64,000 bases of DNA from a virus. A program made the translations under genes and the position numbers. Numbering within the stretch: the first letter of the stretch is position 1; every line of letters starts with the position of its first letter. Location of the stretch: IMG/VR virus record IMGVR_UViG_3300034102_002101, positions 32,001 through 96,000 of that record; one strand, written 5' to 3'. The notes under the pieces were generated by a model, which did not search any database, was not told the origin of the DNA, and saw only the letters and a program-made list of their open reading frames with translations. Shown here piece after piece: positions 1 through 9,041 of this stretch.

Positions 1-1
1 T

Positions 2-3000
2 TATACAACGGATTCAGCATCATTTACGGGTAGAATAACAGTACTGGAAGAAGCTACGGCTTCTATCGCAGAAACATTGTCTGGTTCGATTAATAATAAA
101 GCAGTTACCCCCGCAGCAATGTTAATCGGTGGAAGTTTTCCGTCTAGTGGTAATGCCGGTAATATACAGATTTTGCGGGAACCAGTCGGATCTATTGTTG
201 GAAATCGAAGGGGAACCGGATCTATTGATTTTCAACAATTCAGAGATATAAACACCCAAGTAGCATCCGGTTTATACTCTACTATCGGTGGTGGTAGTAC
301 CAATACATCTTCTGGAAATTACTCATTCGTTGGTGGTGGTAGTAACAATACAGCTTCTGGTTATCGTTCATCTATTGTTGGTGGTCAGAACAATACAGCT
401 TCTGGTAATCGTTCAATAGTTGGTGGTGGTAGTACCAATATAGCTTCTGGTAATCGTTCATTTGTTGGTGTTGGTCAGGACAATACATCTTCTGGAAATT
501 ATTCGGCTATCGTTGGTGGTCAGAACAATATAGCTTCTAATACATATTCATCTGTTGTTGGTGGTCAGAACAATACAGCTTCTGGTAATCGTTCAATAGT
601 TGGTGGTGGTAGTACCAATATAGCTTCTGGTAATCGTTCAATAGTTGGTGGTGGTAGTACCAATATAGCTTCTGGTGATCGTTCAATAGTTGTTGGTGGT
701 GGTAACAATACAGCTTCTGGATATTATTCATTCGTTGGTAATGGTAGTAACAATACAGCTTCTGGTTATCGTTCATCTATTGTTGGTGGTGTTTTCAATA
801 CAGCTTCTGGTTATCGGTCATTCGTTGGTGGTGGTGGTAACAATACAGCTTCTGGTTATTGGTCAATAGTTGTTGGGGGTCAGGGCCATACAGCTTCTGG
901 ATCAAATTCATTCGTTGGTGGTGGTAGTACCAATACAGCTTCTGGTTATTGGTCAATAGTTGGTGGTGGTAGTTCCAATACATCTTCTGGATCAAATTCA
1001 TTCGTTGGTGGTGGTAGTTCCAATACATCTTCTGGTACATATTCATTCGTTGGTGGTGGATTTGGTGATGTGGCTTCTGGAAATTATTCAGCTATCGTTG
1101 GTGGTCAGAACAATATAGCTTCTGGTAGTCGTTCGTTTATTGGTGGTGGTAGTTCCAATATAGCTTCTACATATTCATCTGTTGTTGGTGGTCAAAGCAA
1201 TATAGCTTCTGGATCAAATTCATTCGTTGGTGGTGGTAGTTCCAGTATAGCTTCTACATATTCATCTGTTGTTGGTGGTCAAAGCAATACAGCTTCTGGA
1301 AATTATTCATCTATTGTTGGTGGTCAAAGCAATACAGCTTCTGGAAATTATTCATCTGTTGTTGGTGGCATCTCCAATACAGCTTCTGGATCAAATTCAT
1401 TCGTTGGTGGTGGACTGTCCAATACAGCTTCTGGTTATCGGTCATTCGTTGGTGGTGGTAGTTCCAATACAGCTTCTGGATCATATTCATCTGTTGGTGG
1501 TGGTAGTTCCAATACAGCTTCTGGATATTATTCAGCTATCGTTGGTGGTCTCTCCAATACATCTTCTAGATCAAATTCATTCGTTGGTGGTGGACTGTCC
1601 AATACAGCTTCTGGATCATATTCATTCGTTGGTGGTGGTAGTTACAATACATCTTCTGGCATAAATTCATTCGTCGGTGGTGGGTGGAGCAATATAGCTT
1701 CTGATGATCGTTCAATAGTTGGTGGTGGTAGTAACAATACAGCTTCTGGAAATTATTCATTCGTTGGTGGTGGGTGGTACAATACAGCTTCTGGTTATCG
1801 TTCATCTATTGTTGGTGGTGGTAGTACCAATACAGCTTCTGGTACATATTCATTCGTTGGTGGTGGTCAGAACAATATAGCTTCTAATACATATTCATCT
1901 GTTGTTGGGGGTCAGGCCAATACATCTTCTGGTTATTGGTCAATAGTTGGTGGTGGTCAGAACAATACAGCTTCTGGTTATCGGTCATTCGTTGGTGGTG
2001 GACTGCGCAATACAGCTTCTGGTTATTATTCATTCGTTGGTGGTGGTCAGGACAATATAGCTTCTACATATTCATCTGTTGTTGGTGGTAGTGCCAATAC
2101 ATCTTCTGGTTATTGGTCAATAGTTGTTGGTGGGTGGTACAATATAGCTTCTGGTTATCGGTCATTCGTTGGTAATGGTAGTTCCAATATAGCTTCTGGA
2201 TCAAATTCATTCGTTGGTGGTGGTAGTTCCAATACATCTTCTGGATATTATTCATTCGTTGGTAATGGTAGTAACAATACAGCTTCTGGTTATCGTTCAT
2301 CTATTGTTGGTGGACTGAACAATACAGCTTCTGGTTATCGGTCATTCGTTGGTAATGGTAGTTCCAATATAGCTTCTGGATCAAATTCATTCGTTGGTGG
2401 TGGTAGTTCCAATACATCTTCTGGTACATATTCATTCGTTGGTGGTGGATTTGGTGATGTGGCTTCTGGAAATTATTCAGCTATCGTTGGTGGTCAGAAC
2501 AATATAGCTTCTGGTAGTCGTTCGTTTATTGGTGGTGGTTCCGGAAGTATTGCTTCCGGCAATTTTTCTACTGTTGGTGGTGGTAGTAACAATATAGCTT
2601 CTGGTACGTATTCGTCTATTGTTGGTGGATATGGTGGTACAGCTACCAGACACGGACAAGAATCGTATTCCAGCGGTGCGTTCGGTCCTCCCGGCGATTC
2701 GCAGAGAGTGTCGTTTATATTAAGAAATAAAACAATTAACACAGCAACACCAACTACTTTATTCCTCGATGGGTCATTCAATAGATTAACCATTCCTACA
2801 GGTAAAGCTATGTCATTCCTAGCAAACATATCCGGTATAAACTCAACCGGAACTTCCGGTTCAATGTTTGTTCGACAGGGAATGATCAAAAATGTTGGTG
2901 GAACAACATCGCTAATAGGATCTGTGTCTGTTGTTGGCGTAGATATTGAAAGTAATGCTGCGACTGACGTAGACATTACCGCAGATGACTCCAACGATGC

Positions 3001-3088
3001 TCTACAAATTAATGTAACCGGTATTGACACCGAAGTTTGGAGATGGACCGCACACGTAAATGCAGTTGAAATAGGTTACGGAACGTAA
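2..3088 (+). CDS. Repeat-rich tail fibre/adhesin (14-aa beta-roll repeats), 5'-truncated by the window edge
   Basis: Frame is open from position 2 (YTTDSASFTGRITVLEE...); about 56 NTASGxxSxVGGGx repeats resembling YadA-head-type 14-residue repeats; N- and C-terminal non-repeat parts are paralogous to 4301..6619. Confidence 0.75.
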   Translation, partial: YTTDSASFTGRITVLEEATASIAETLSGSINNKAVTPAAMLIGGSFPSSGNAGNIQILREPVGSIVGNRRGTGSIDFQQFRDINTQVASGLYSTIGGGSTNTSSGNYSFVGGGSNNTASGYRSSIVGGQNNTASGNRSIVGGGSTNIASGNRSFVGVGQDNTSSGNYSAIVGGQNNIASNTYSSVVGGQNNTASGNRSIVGGGSTNIASGNRSIVGGGSTNIASGDRSIVVGGGNNTASGYYSFVGNGSNNTASGYRSSIVGGVFNTASGYRSFVGGGGNNTASGYWSIVVGGQGHTASGSNSFVGGGSTNTASGYWSIVGGGSSNTSSGSNSFVGGGSSNTSSGTYSFVGGGFGDVASGNYSAIVGGQNNIASGSRSFIGGGSSNIASTYSSVVGGQSNIASGSNSFVGGGSSSIASTYSSVVGGQSNTASGNYSSIVGGQSNTASGNYSSVVGGISNTASGSNSFVGGGLSNTASGYRSFVGGGSSNTASGSYSSVGGGSSNTASGYYSAIVGGLSNTSSRSNSFVGGGLSNTASGSYSFVGGGSYNTSSGINSFVGGGWSNIASDDRSIVGGGSNNTASGNYSFVGGGWYNTASGYRSSIVGGGSTNTASGTYSFVGGGQNNIASNTYSSVVGGQANTSSGYWSIVGGGQNNTASGYRSFVGGGLRNTASGYYSFVGGGQDNIASTYSSVVGGSANTSSGYWSIVVGGWYNIASGYRSFVGNGSSNIASGSNSFVGGGSSNTSSGYYSFVGNGSNNTASGYRSSIVGGLNNTASGYRSFVGNGSSNIASGSNSFVGGGSSNTSSGTYSFVGGGFGDVASGNYSAIVGGQNNIASGSRSFIGGGSGSIASGNFSTVGGGSNNIASGTYSSIVGGYGGTATRHGQESYSSGAFGPPGDSQRVSFILRNKTINTATPTTLFLDGSFNRLTIPTGKAMSFLANISGINSTGTSGSMFVRQGMIKNVGGTTSLIGSVSVVGVDIESNAATDVDITADDSNDALQINVTGIDTEVWRWTAHVNAVEIGYGT
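262..2640 (+). repeat. Coding tandem repeat, 42-nt unit (some 39-nt variants)
   Basis: Recurrent AATACAGCTTCTGG...TCATTCGTTGGTGGTGG; a 167-bp perfect duplication at 984-1150 and 2373-2539; boundaries approximate. Confidence 0.95.
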
Positions 3089-3103
3089 TTCCTTTTTTAT
3101 AAC

Positions 3104-3131
3104 TTGACAGCGATATAAATTTCCGTATTAT
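3104..3131 (+). promoter_or_regulatory. sigma70-like promoter TTGACA-N16-TATTAT
   Basis: Intergenic, 10 nt before the sulfotransferase ATG; same spacing at four other sites. Confidence 0.6.
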
Positions 3132-3141
3132 TACCAAATAT

Positions 3142-3948
3142 ATGTTAAACAAAAAATTATATTGTGTATCTGGCCTACCAAGAGCAGGATCAACTTTACT
3201 AGTTAATATACTAGCACAAAACCCAAATTTCCATTGTTCAAAGAGTACATCTGGCTTACATGATGTACTCTTTGGAGTAAGAAATCAGTGGGATAATCTA
3301 ATTGAACATGCCGCAGAAATTGGTGGTGTGGATTATAACAAGTTACGTAGAGTGTTAAATTCAATCGTAGAATCCTATCACGATACCGATAAACCAGTTA
3401 TAATAGATAAAGGTAGAGGATATTTAAGTTTAGTAGAAATGATTGAGTTTATGGGAATCCAACCAAAAATATTGGTTCCGGTGAGAAATGTTACTGAAAT
3501 ATTGGCATCATTTGAAAAGTTGTGGAGGAAATCAACCGGACAATCCCAATGGAGCATAGAACAGGCTGATTATGTCCTATCCCAAACCGTGGCTGGTCGT
3601 TGTGAATTGTGGAGCAGAGCGGATCAAGTAGTAGGTCTGGCTTACAATAGATTAAAAGATGCTATACAAAGAAAACATGCGAGTAAGATGTTCTTTGTTG
3701 ATTTTGATAACTTAACCAATAATCCAGAGAAGGAAATGAACAGTATTTATGATTTCTTGGGAGAAAAGAAGTTCGCGCATGATTTCAATAATGTGGAACA
3801 ATATACCGCAGAAGATGATGTTGGTGTCCATAAAATTCCGAATTTACATACCATATCAAGAACAGTAAAACCATTACCAAAAGTGGCAAGACAAATTTTA
3901 GGAGAAGAAACTTTCAGAAAATATGAAAATTCTGAATTTTGGCGATAA
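3142..3948 (+). CDS. PAPS-dependent sulfotransferase family protein
   Basis: 5'-PSB loop SGLPRAGSTLL, 3'-PB motif VRNVTEILASF, and DFDNLTNNPEKEM..IYDFLG typical of sulfotransferases. Confidence 0.85.
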   Translation: MLNKKLYCVSGLPRAGSTLLVNILAQNPNFHCSKSTSGLHDVLFGVRNQWDNLIEHAAEIGGVDYNKLRRVLNSIVESYHDTDKPVIIDKGRGYLSLVEMIEFMGIQPKILVPVRNVTEILASFEKLWRKSTGQSQWSIEQADYVLSQTVAGRCELWSRADQVVGLAYNRLKDAIQRKHASKMFFVDFDNLTNNPEKEMNSIYDFLGEKKFAHDFNNVEQYTAEDDVGVHKIPNLHTISRTVKPLPKVARQILGEETFRKYENSEFWR

Positions 3949-3973
3949 TTATATATAAGAAAGAAAATAACAC

Positions 3974-4201
3974 ATGATTACATTAAATAGACCATTGGAA
4001 ACAGTAGTTCAGACAACTCAACAAATCTCGACAGTTACTGTCGATAGATATGTTGACTTACCATCACAGAAAGTTGTGAGAGCATTCATCACCGAACTCA
4101 ATAGACCAATAGAGTTATGGGTTGGTGATGCTTATGATGCGATTGGCGATTGGACTGCCGCGCAAGCGGAAGCCAGAGTAATCGAAGTATTGGAAGTATA
4201 A
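3974..4201 (+). CDS. Small hypothetical phage protein (tail-fibre neighbour)
   Basis: Clean 75-aa ORF between the sulfotransferase and a terminator. Confidence 0.6.
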   Translation: MITLNRPLETVVQTTQQISTVTVDRYVDLPSQKVVRAFITELNRPIELWVGDAYDAIGDWTAAQAEARVIEVLEV

Positions 4202-4225
4202 TATAATAATAATATTATTATCATT

Positions 4226-4257
4226 ACCCAACATCACTAAAAGATGTTGGGTTTTTT
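4226..4257 (+). terminator. Rho-independent terminator
   Basis: Stem ACCCAACATC / loop ACTAAAA / GATGTTGGGT followed by a T-run. Confidence 0.85.
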
Positions 4258-4287
4258 GTTTTTATTGGTTGAAATATGAATAATCAC

Positions 4288-4296
4288 ATATTTATA
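4288..4296 (+). promoter_or_regulatory. Putative phage late promoter ATATTTATA
   Basis: 4 nt before the ATG of a fibre gene; the motif recurs before most structural genes. Confidence 0.55.
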
Positions 4297-4300
4297 GTTC

Positions 4301-6619
4301 ATGGCAAATAAAAAGATTTCAGAATTGACGGAATTATCCTACGCAGGAATACATGATGACGATGTGTTGGTAATTATGGATGTTAACTCAGACGGAACTG
4401 GCTTATCTGAGACAAAGAAATCTAGGATGGTAGAATTGGCTGGATATTTTTTTAGTCACTATTCTTCCGGTTCCGTTTCCATATATGCTTCCATCGATGA
4501 AGTTTTATCCGGTAGCATATCAAACAAAGCAGTTACGCCATCATCCATGTTAATTGGTGGGAGTTTCCCTTCCGATATTAATTCAGGAAATATACAAATT
4601 TTAAGAGAGAAAAGCGGATCGATCACTGGTAATACAAGAGGTATTGGTTCTGTTGACTTCCAGCAACTTAGAACCACCTCCAACCGTGTTGCTTCAGGAA
4701 TTTACTCTTCTATTGTAGGTGGGATGGATAACACATCTTCTGGAAATTATTCAGCTGTTGTTGGTGGTCAGAGCAATACAGCTTCAGGAGCTGCATCATT
4801 CGTTGGTGGTGGATTTGGTAATGTGGCTTCTGGTCTAACTTCATTCGTTGTTGGTGGTCGTCACAATACAGCTTCTGGATATGTTTCATTTATCGGTGGG
4901 GGTCAGGACAATATAGCTGGCGGTTTTTATTCGTTTGTTGGTGGTGGTAGTAACAATACAGCTTCTGGTTATCGTTCATCTATTGTTGGTGGTCGTCACA
5001 ATACAACTTCTGGATATTATTCATTTGTTGTTGGTGGTCTCTCCAATACATCTTCTGGAAATTATTCAGCTATCGTTGGTGGTCAAAGCAATACAGCTTC
5101 TGACTCAAATTCATTCGTTGGTGGTGGGTGGTACAATATAGCTTCTGGTAATCGTTCATTCGTTGGTGGTGGGTGGTACAATACAGCTTCTGGCAATCGT
5201 TCGTTTATTGGTGGCGGAATGAATAATACAGCTTCCGGTACGTATTCAACTGTTCCTGGTGGTAAGAACCATACATCTTCTGGAAATTATTCAAGTATTG
5301 CTGGTGGTCAGAACAATACATCTTCTGGAAATTATTCGGCTGTTGTTGGTGGTCAAAGCAATACAGCTTCTGGAAATTATTCGGCTGTTGTTGGTGGTAA
5401 TGACAATACAGCTTCTGGTATACGTTCATTCGTTGGTGTTGGAATGAATAATACAGCTTCTGGAAATTATTCAAGTATTGCTGGTGGTCAAAGCAATACA
5501 GCTTCTGGTATAACTTCATTCGTTGTTGGTGGTAGTACCAATATAGCTTCTGGTAATCGTTCATTTGTTGGTGTTGGTCAGGACAATACATCTTCTGGAA
5601 ATTATTCGGCTATCGTTGGTGGTCAGAACAATATAGCTTCTGGTATAAATTCATTCGTTGTTGGTGGACTGACCAATGTAGCTTCTGGTAATCGTTCATT
5701 CGTTGGTGTTGGAATGAATAATACAGCTTCTGGAAATTATTCATCTGTTGTTGGTGGTCAGAACAATGTGGCCACTGGATCAAATTCATTCGTTGTTGGT
5801 GGACTGAACAATGTAGCTTCTGGTAATCGTTCATTCGTTGGTGGCGGAATGAATAATACAGCTTCCGGTACGTATTCGTCTATTGTTGGTGGTCAGAACA
5901 ATATAGCTTCTGGTAGTCGTTCGTTTATTGGTGGTGGTAATGTCAATGCGGCTTCTGGTGTGTATTCAGTTATCGTTGGTGGACTGAACAATACGGCTTC
6001 TGGAAATTATTCGATCACTGCTGGTGGTAGGTACAATGTAGCTTCTGGTAGTCGTTCCTCCGTTGGTGGCGGAATGAATAATACAGCTTCCGGTGATCGT
6101 TCGTTTATTGGTGGTGGAATGAATAATACAGCTTCCGGTACGTATTCGTCTATTGTTGGTGGATCTGGTGGTATAGCTGCCAGATATGGGATGAGTGTTA
6201 TATCTAGTGGGTATTTTTCTTCTGTAGGTGACGCTCAGGCGGGTAGTATGATATTGAGGAATATAACTACGAATGCCACACTTACAGAGATGTTCTCGAA
6301 TGGCTCTTCTCAGGTATTTTTCCTGATTGATAATGAAACAATAGGGTTTGATGCTCAAGTAGTTGGTAGAAGGACAGACATAAAAACAGAGAATTGTTAT
6401 TTTACTGTGTCCGGAATGATAACACGAGGAATTGGAAACGCTTCGGTTTCTGTGGTCGGCTCACCAGTTATTACTGTCATTACGAGACCAAACACAAATT
6501 GGTCCGTTTCGGTAGACGCAAATACGTCAAACGGCAGTTTACGTTTTAGGGTCACTGGTGAGACAGGAAAAACTATTAATTGGGTATCGAGTATTAGATT
6601 CACAGAAATCGTCGGGTAA
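4301..6619 (+). CDS. Repeat-rich tail fibre/adhesin, paralog of the first ORF
   Basis: N-terminal MANKKISELTEL fibre-anchor-like motif; about 35 14-aa repeats; C-terminal GDAQAGSMILRNITTNAT domain paralogous to ORF1. Confidence 0.8.
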   Translation: MANKKISELTELSYAGIHDDDVLVIMDVNSDGTGLSETKKSRMVELAGYFFSHYSSGSVSIYASIDEVLSGSISNKAVTPSSMLIGGSFPSDINSGNIQILREKSGSITGNTRGIGSVDFQQLRTTSNRVASGIYSSIVGGMDNTSSGNYSAVVGGQSNTASGAASFVGGGFGNVASGLTSFVVGGRHNTASGYVSFIGGGQDNIAGGFYSFVGGGSNNTASGYRSSIVGGRHNTTSGYYSFVVGGLSNTSSGNYSAIVGGQSNTASDSNSFVGGGWYNIASGNRSFVGGGWYNTASGNRSFIGGGMNNTASGTYSTVPGGKNHTSSGNYSSIAGGQNNTSSGNYSAVVGGQSNTASGNYSAVVGGNDNTASGIRSFVGVGMNNTASGNYSSIAGGQSNTASGITSFVVGGSTNIASGNRSFVGVGQDNTSSGNYSAIVGGQNNIASGINSFVVGGLTNVASGNRSFVGVGMNNTASGNYSSVVGGQNNVATGSNSFVVGGLNNVASGNRSFVGGGMNNTASGTYSSIVGGQNNIASGSRSFIGGGNVNAASGVYSVIVGGLNNTASGNYSITAGGRYNVASGSRSSVGGGMNNTASGDRSFIGGGMNNTASGTYSSIVGGSGGIAARYGMSVISSGYFSSVGDAQAGSMILRNITTNATLTEMFSNGSSQVFFLIDNETIGFDAQVVGRRTDIKTENCYFTVSGMITRGIGNASVSVVGSPVITVITRPNTNWSVSVDANTSNGSLRFRVTGETGKTINWVSSIRFTEIVG
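4690..6180 (+). repeat. Coding tandem repeat, 42-nt unit
   Basis: Same unit as in ORF1; 5527-5641 is identical to 424-538 (115 bp); boundaries approximate. Confidence 0.95.
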
Positions 6620-6621
6620 TA

Positions 6622-6630
6622 ATATTTATA
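6622..6630 (+). promoter_or_regulatory. Putative late promoter ATATTTATA
   Basis: 4 nt before ATG 6635. Confidence 0.55.
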
Positions 6631-6634
6631 CTTT

Positions 6635-7672
6635 ATGGCAAACCAAAAAATAACAGATTTACGTAGCTTAAATTTAGACACGGTATCTAATGAAGACCTA
6701 ATACCTATTGTTGATGTGTCCGAAAATACTTCACCTACGGGAGAATTAAAGAAGATCAGCGTAAACCAATTTACTCTTGCTCTATCCAATAGAGTTGGTG
6801 CTGGTATAGATGATAAGATAAGTTTATACACATCCAATAACTTTATACCAATCGCACAAAAAGGTGTGGCAGAAGGTGTAGCTCCTCTTAACACATTAAA
6901 CAAAATAGATGATATATATATAAATTTTCCAGCTGGTGCGGTTTCTTCGATATTTGGTAGGGGTGGTGTAGTTACAGCAAACGTAAATGATTATTCTGGA
7001 TCTTATTTACTAAAAACAGGTGACACTATATTAGGACCATTAAATGTTCCAATTACTCCAACACAACCTAGCCAATCGGTGTCAAAACAATACCTTGATG
7101 TTATTAGTTCGTCGATAAATAATAGAATTACAAGTGTAAGTTCGTCATTATCAACTAGGGTTGATAATGTAACATTTTCGGTAATTTCTGCTATATACCC
7201 AATTGGATCATTGTATAGTTCAACTATCAGTACTAATCCATCGGTGACACTCGGTGTTGGTACTTGGGTGACATTCGGTGCTGGTAAAGTACAAGTAGGT
7301 TTTAATGCTGCGGAGACCGAATTCAATACAGCAGAAGCAACTGGTGGAGAGAAGGTACATACGTTATTATCCACGGAAATGCCGTCCCATTTCCATCCTA
7401 CACCAACATTTACAGGAACTACTAATGCTGTTGTTGATCATATGCATACAGTACCTGGGCAACTTATTAACGGCGATGCTCCACTTACTGCTGGTGCTGC
7501 CGGTGCTGGTGGTGGAAATTTATCGGTAAATCAACAATATACCGGTCCCGCTGGCGCTCATTCGCATACAGTTACGGTAAATGCGAGTAACACATTGCCT
7601 ACCGGTGGTAGTTTAGCACATAATAATTTGCAACCATATATCGTTGTGTATATGTGGAAAAGAACGGCATAA
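6635..7672 (+). CDS. Short tail fibre/baseplate protein (T4 gp10/gp12-like collar and tip)
   Basis: IYPIGSLY...NPS...GTW..FGAGKVQVG, HxH motifs (SHFH, HMH, HSH), C-terminal HNNLQPYIVVYMWKRTA. Confidence 0.85.
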   Translation: MANQKITDLRSLNLDTVSNEDLIPIVDVSENTSPTGELKKISVNQFTLALSNRVGAGIDDKISLYTSNNFIPIAQKGVAEGVAPLNTLNKIDDIYINFPAGAVSSIFGRGGVVTANVNDYSGSYLLKTGDTILGPLNVPITPTQPSQSVSKQYLDVISSSINNRITSVSSSLSTRVDNVTFSVISAIYPIGSLYSSTISTNPSVTLGVGTWVTFGAGKVQVGFNAAETEFNTAEATGGEKVHTLLSTEMPSHFHPTPTFTGTTNAVVDHMHTVPGQLINGDAPLTAGAAGAGGGNLSVNQQYTGPAGAHSHTVTVNASNTLPTGGSLAHNNLQPYIVVYMWKRTA

Positions 7673-7889
7673 TATGATTAAAAGATTCATATGCTGCGAC
7701 GGTACGATTCCTCCTTCTGGTTTTATAAAATGCTGGATATGGTCATTATTTGGCAATGTTCAGGATGGTTATATTGGCGATTCATCATGGAATCCATCGA
7801 GGACAGATTCTGTTTGGATTAGAATAAAATGGTGACGCAGAAATCCATTACTTTCATACTTTAGACTAACGGTAAATTCTAAAAAGTAA

Positions 7890-7917
7890 TTGACAATCTC
7901 AGACTTTTAACTATTAT
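7890..7917 (+). promoter_or_regulatory. sigma70-like promoter TTGACA-N16-TATTAT
   Basis: Intergenic, 8 nt before ATG 7926. Confidence 0.6.
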
Positions 7918-7925
7918 TGTTGGAT

Positions 7926-8144
7926 ATGAAAATCCACAAAATAGAAATTTTGATAGTTGATACCGATGACGTAGGACAAGAAGAGATAACGGATATTTTA
8001 GAAAATACAAAGTATCCGAATCATTGTATATCTCCACAGGTAAAGAAGTTCACGACCAAAGAAATCGATTGGTCTGATGAGCATCCACTGAATTTACATG
8101 CTACTTCCGAACAAGAATACGAAAGAATGTTCAAATCGGAATAA
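7926..8144 (+). CDS. Hypothetical protein
   Basis: ATG just after the promoter; 72-aa acidic ORF. Confidence 0.6.
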   Translation: MKIHKIEILIVDTDDVGQEEITDILENTKYPNHCISPQVKKFTTKEIDWSDEHPLNLHATSEQEYERMFKSE

Positions 8145-8148
8145 TATT

Positions 8149-8946
8149 ATGCACATCCACGAAAAGATTAAGTCTATAATAGATAGAAGGTTATTGAAGA
8201 ATTCTAAGTTTACAATTAATGACGTAACTATAATATGTCTAAATGCGGATGATTATAATATTTTTATAGAATACGAAAAAGAAAATAATCCAGATTTTAT
8301 AGAAACTAACCCAGAATTTCTTGGTAAGAAAGTTGTACTGTCAAATTCCAATGGAGCTTCCAGAGTATACTTCACAGTAAAAAGTTCAAATAAATCTATT
8401 GGTGTAATAGGGACTGCCGGAAGAAAGGACGACGAATCAAAATTAGGGGTTTTGGAATGGGAATTTATGGTAAAATCTTGTGGGAAGCTAATAGAATCGA
8501 CATGTTCTAACATATTAGTTTCTGGTGGTGCTGCTTGGGCGGACCACGTTGCTGTGCATATGTTCTTAAATAACCCCACCAAACTTAAACTAATTCTACA
8601 TTTACCTGCTGAGTTTGAAGATGGTAAATTTTCAGAATCTACTCCGGACGGAAAAACTGCAAATTTTTACCACAAGCAATTCAGTGAGAAATTAGGGGTC
8701 GATAGTCTAGCACAAATAAAAGAAGCGATACGTTTAGGCTGTGACGTATCATATTATGGTGGATTTAAAATAAGAAACCTATACGTTGCCAGAGATTCCG
8801 AATTAATGCTGGCATTTACATTCGGCGATGATAAGAATCTAAAAGACGGTGGTACTAAGCATACTTTCGAAGAATTTCTAAGAAAAGAAATTAGGGGTTT
8901 GGGTTTTCATGTAAACCTAAATGACCTTTTAGCATACGTGTTTTGA
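8149..8946 (+). CDS. SLOG-superfamily (YspA/DprA-like) nucleotide-binding protein with an unrelated N-terminal domain
   Basis: IGVIGTAGR, LVSGGAAWADHVA, KIRNLYVARDSELMLAF and GGTKHT match SLOG motifs; ATG 8149 preferred as start. Confidence 0.7.
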   Translation: MHIHEKIKSIIDRRLLKNSKFTINDVTIICLNADDYNIFIEYEKENNPDFIETNPEFLGKKVVLSNSNGASRVYFTVKSSNKSIGVIGTAGRKDDESKLGVLEWEFMVKSCGKLIESTCSNILVSGGAAWADHVAVHMFLNNPTKLKLILHLPAEFEDGKFSESTPDGKTANFYHKQFSEKLGVDSLAQIKEAIRLGCDVSYYGGFKIRNLYVARDSELMLAFTFGDDKNLKDGGTKHTFEEFLRKEIRGLGFHVNLNDLLAYVF

Positions 8947-9023
8947 TATACGAAGTAATACTTGAATCACCGGATGTTTATTTTGTTATATTATTAATAA
9001 ATACCGATTTATTATTATTCATT

Positions 9024-9032
9024 ATATTTATA
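9024..9032 (+). promoter_or_regulatory. Putative late promoter ATATTTATA upstream of tnpB
   Basis: 9 nt before ATG 9042. Confidence 0.45.
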
Positions 9033-9041
9033 CGTAGCGTA

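Noticed and set aside
537-5834. Short alternative-frame ORFs (MNDNQKLY..., IQLLEIIH...)
   Set aside because: Shadows of the coding repeat in other frames or on the opposite strand.
262-6180. 42-nt periodic repeats as a CRISPR array
   Set aside because: No unique spacers or constant palindromic repeat; the units stay in frame inside long ORFs and there are no cas genes.
6537-6547. Partial match (AGTTTACGTTTT) to the predicted TnpB guide
   Set aside because: Short low-complexity match without the proposed TAM; expected by chance in AT-rich DNA.
7644-7835. 63-aa ORF after the short fibre gene
   Set aside because: Short, no recognisable motif and an uncertain start; it may be real but cannot be supported.
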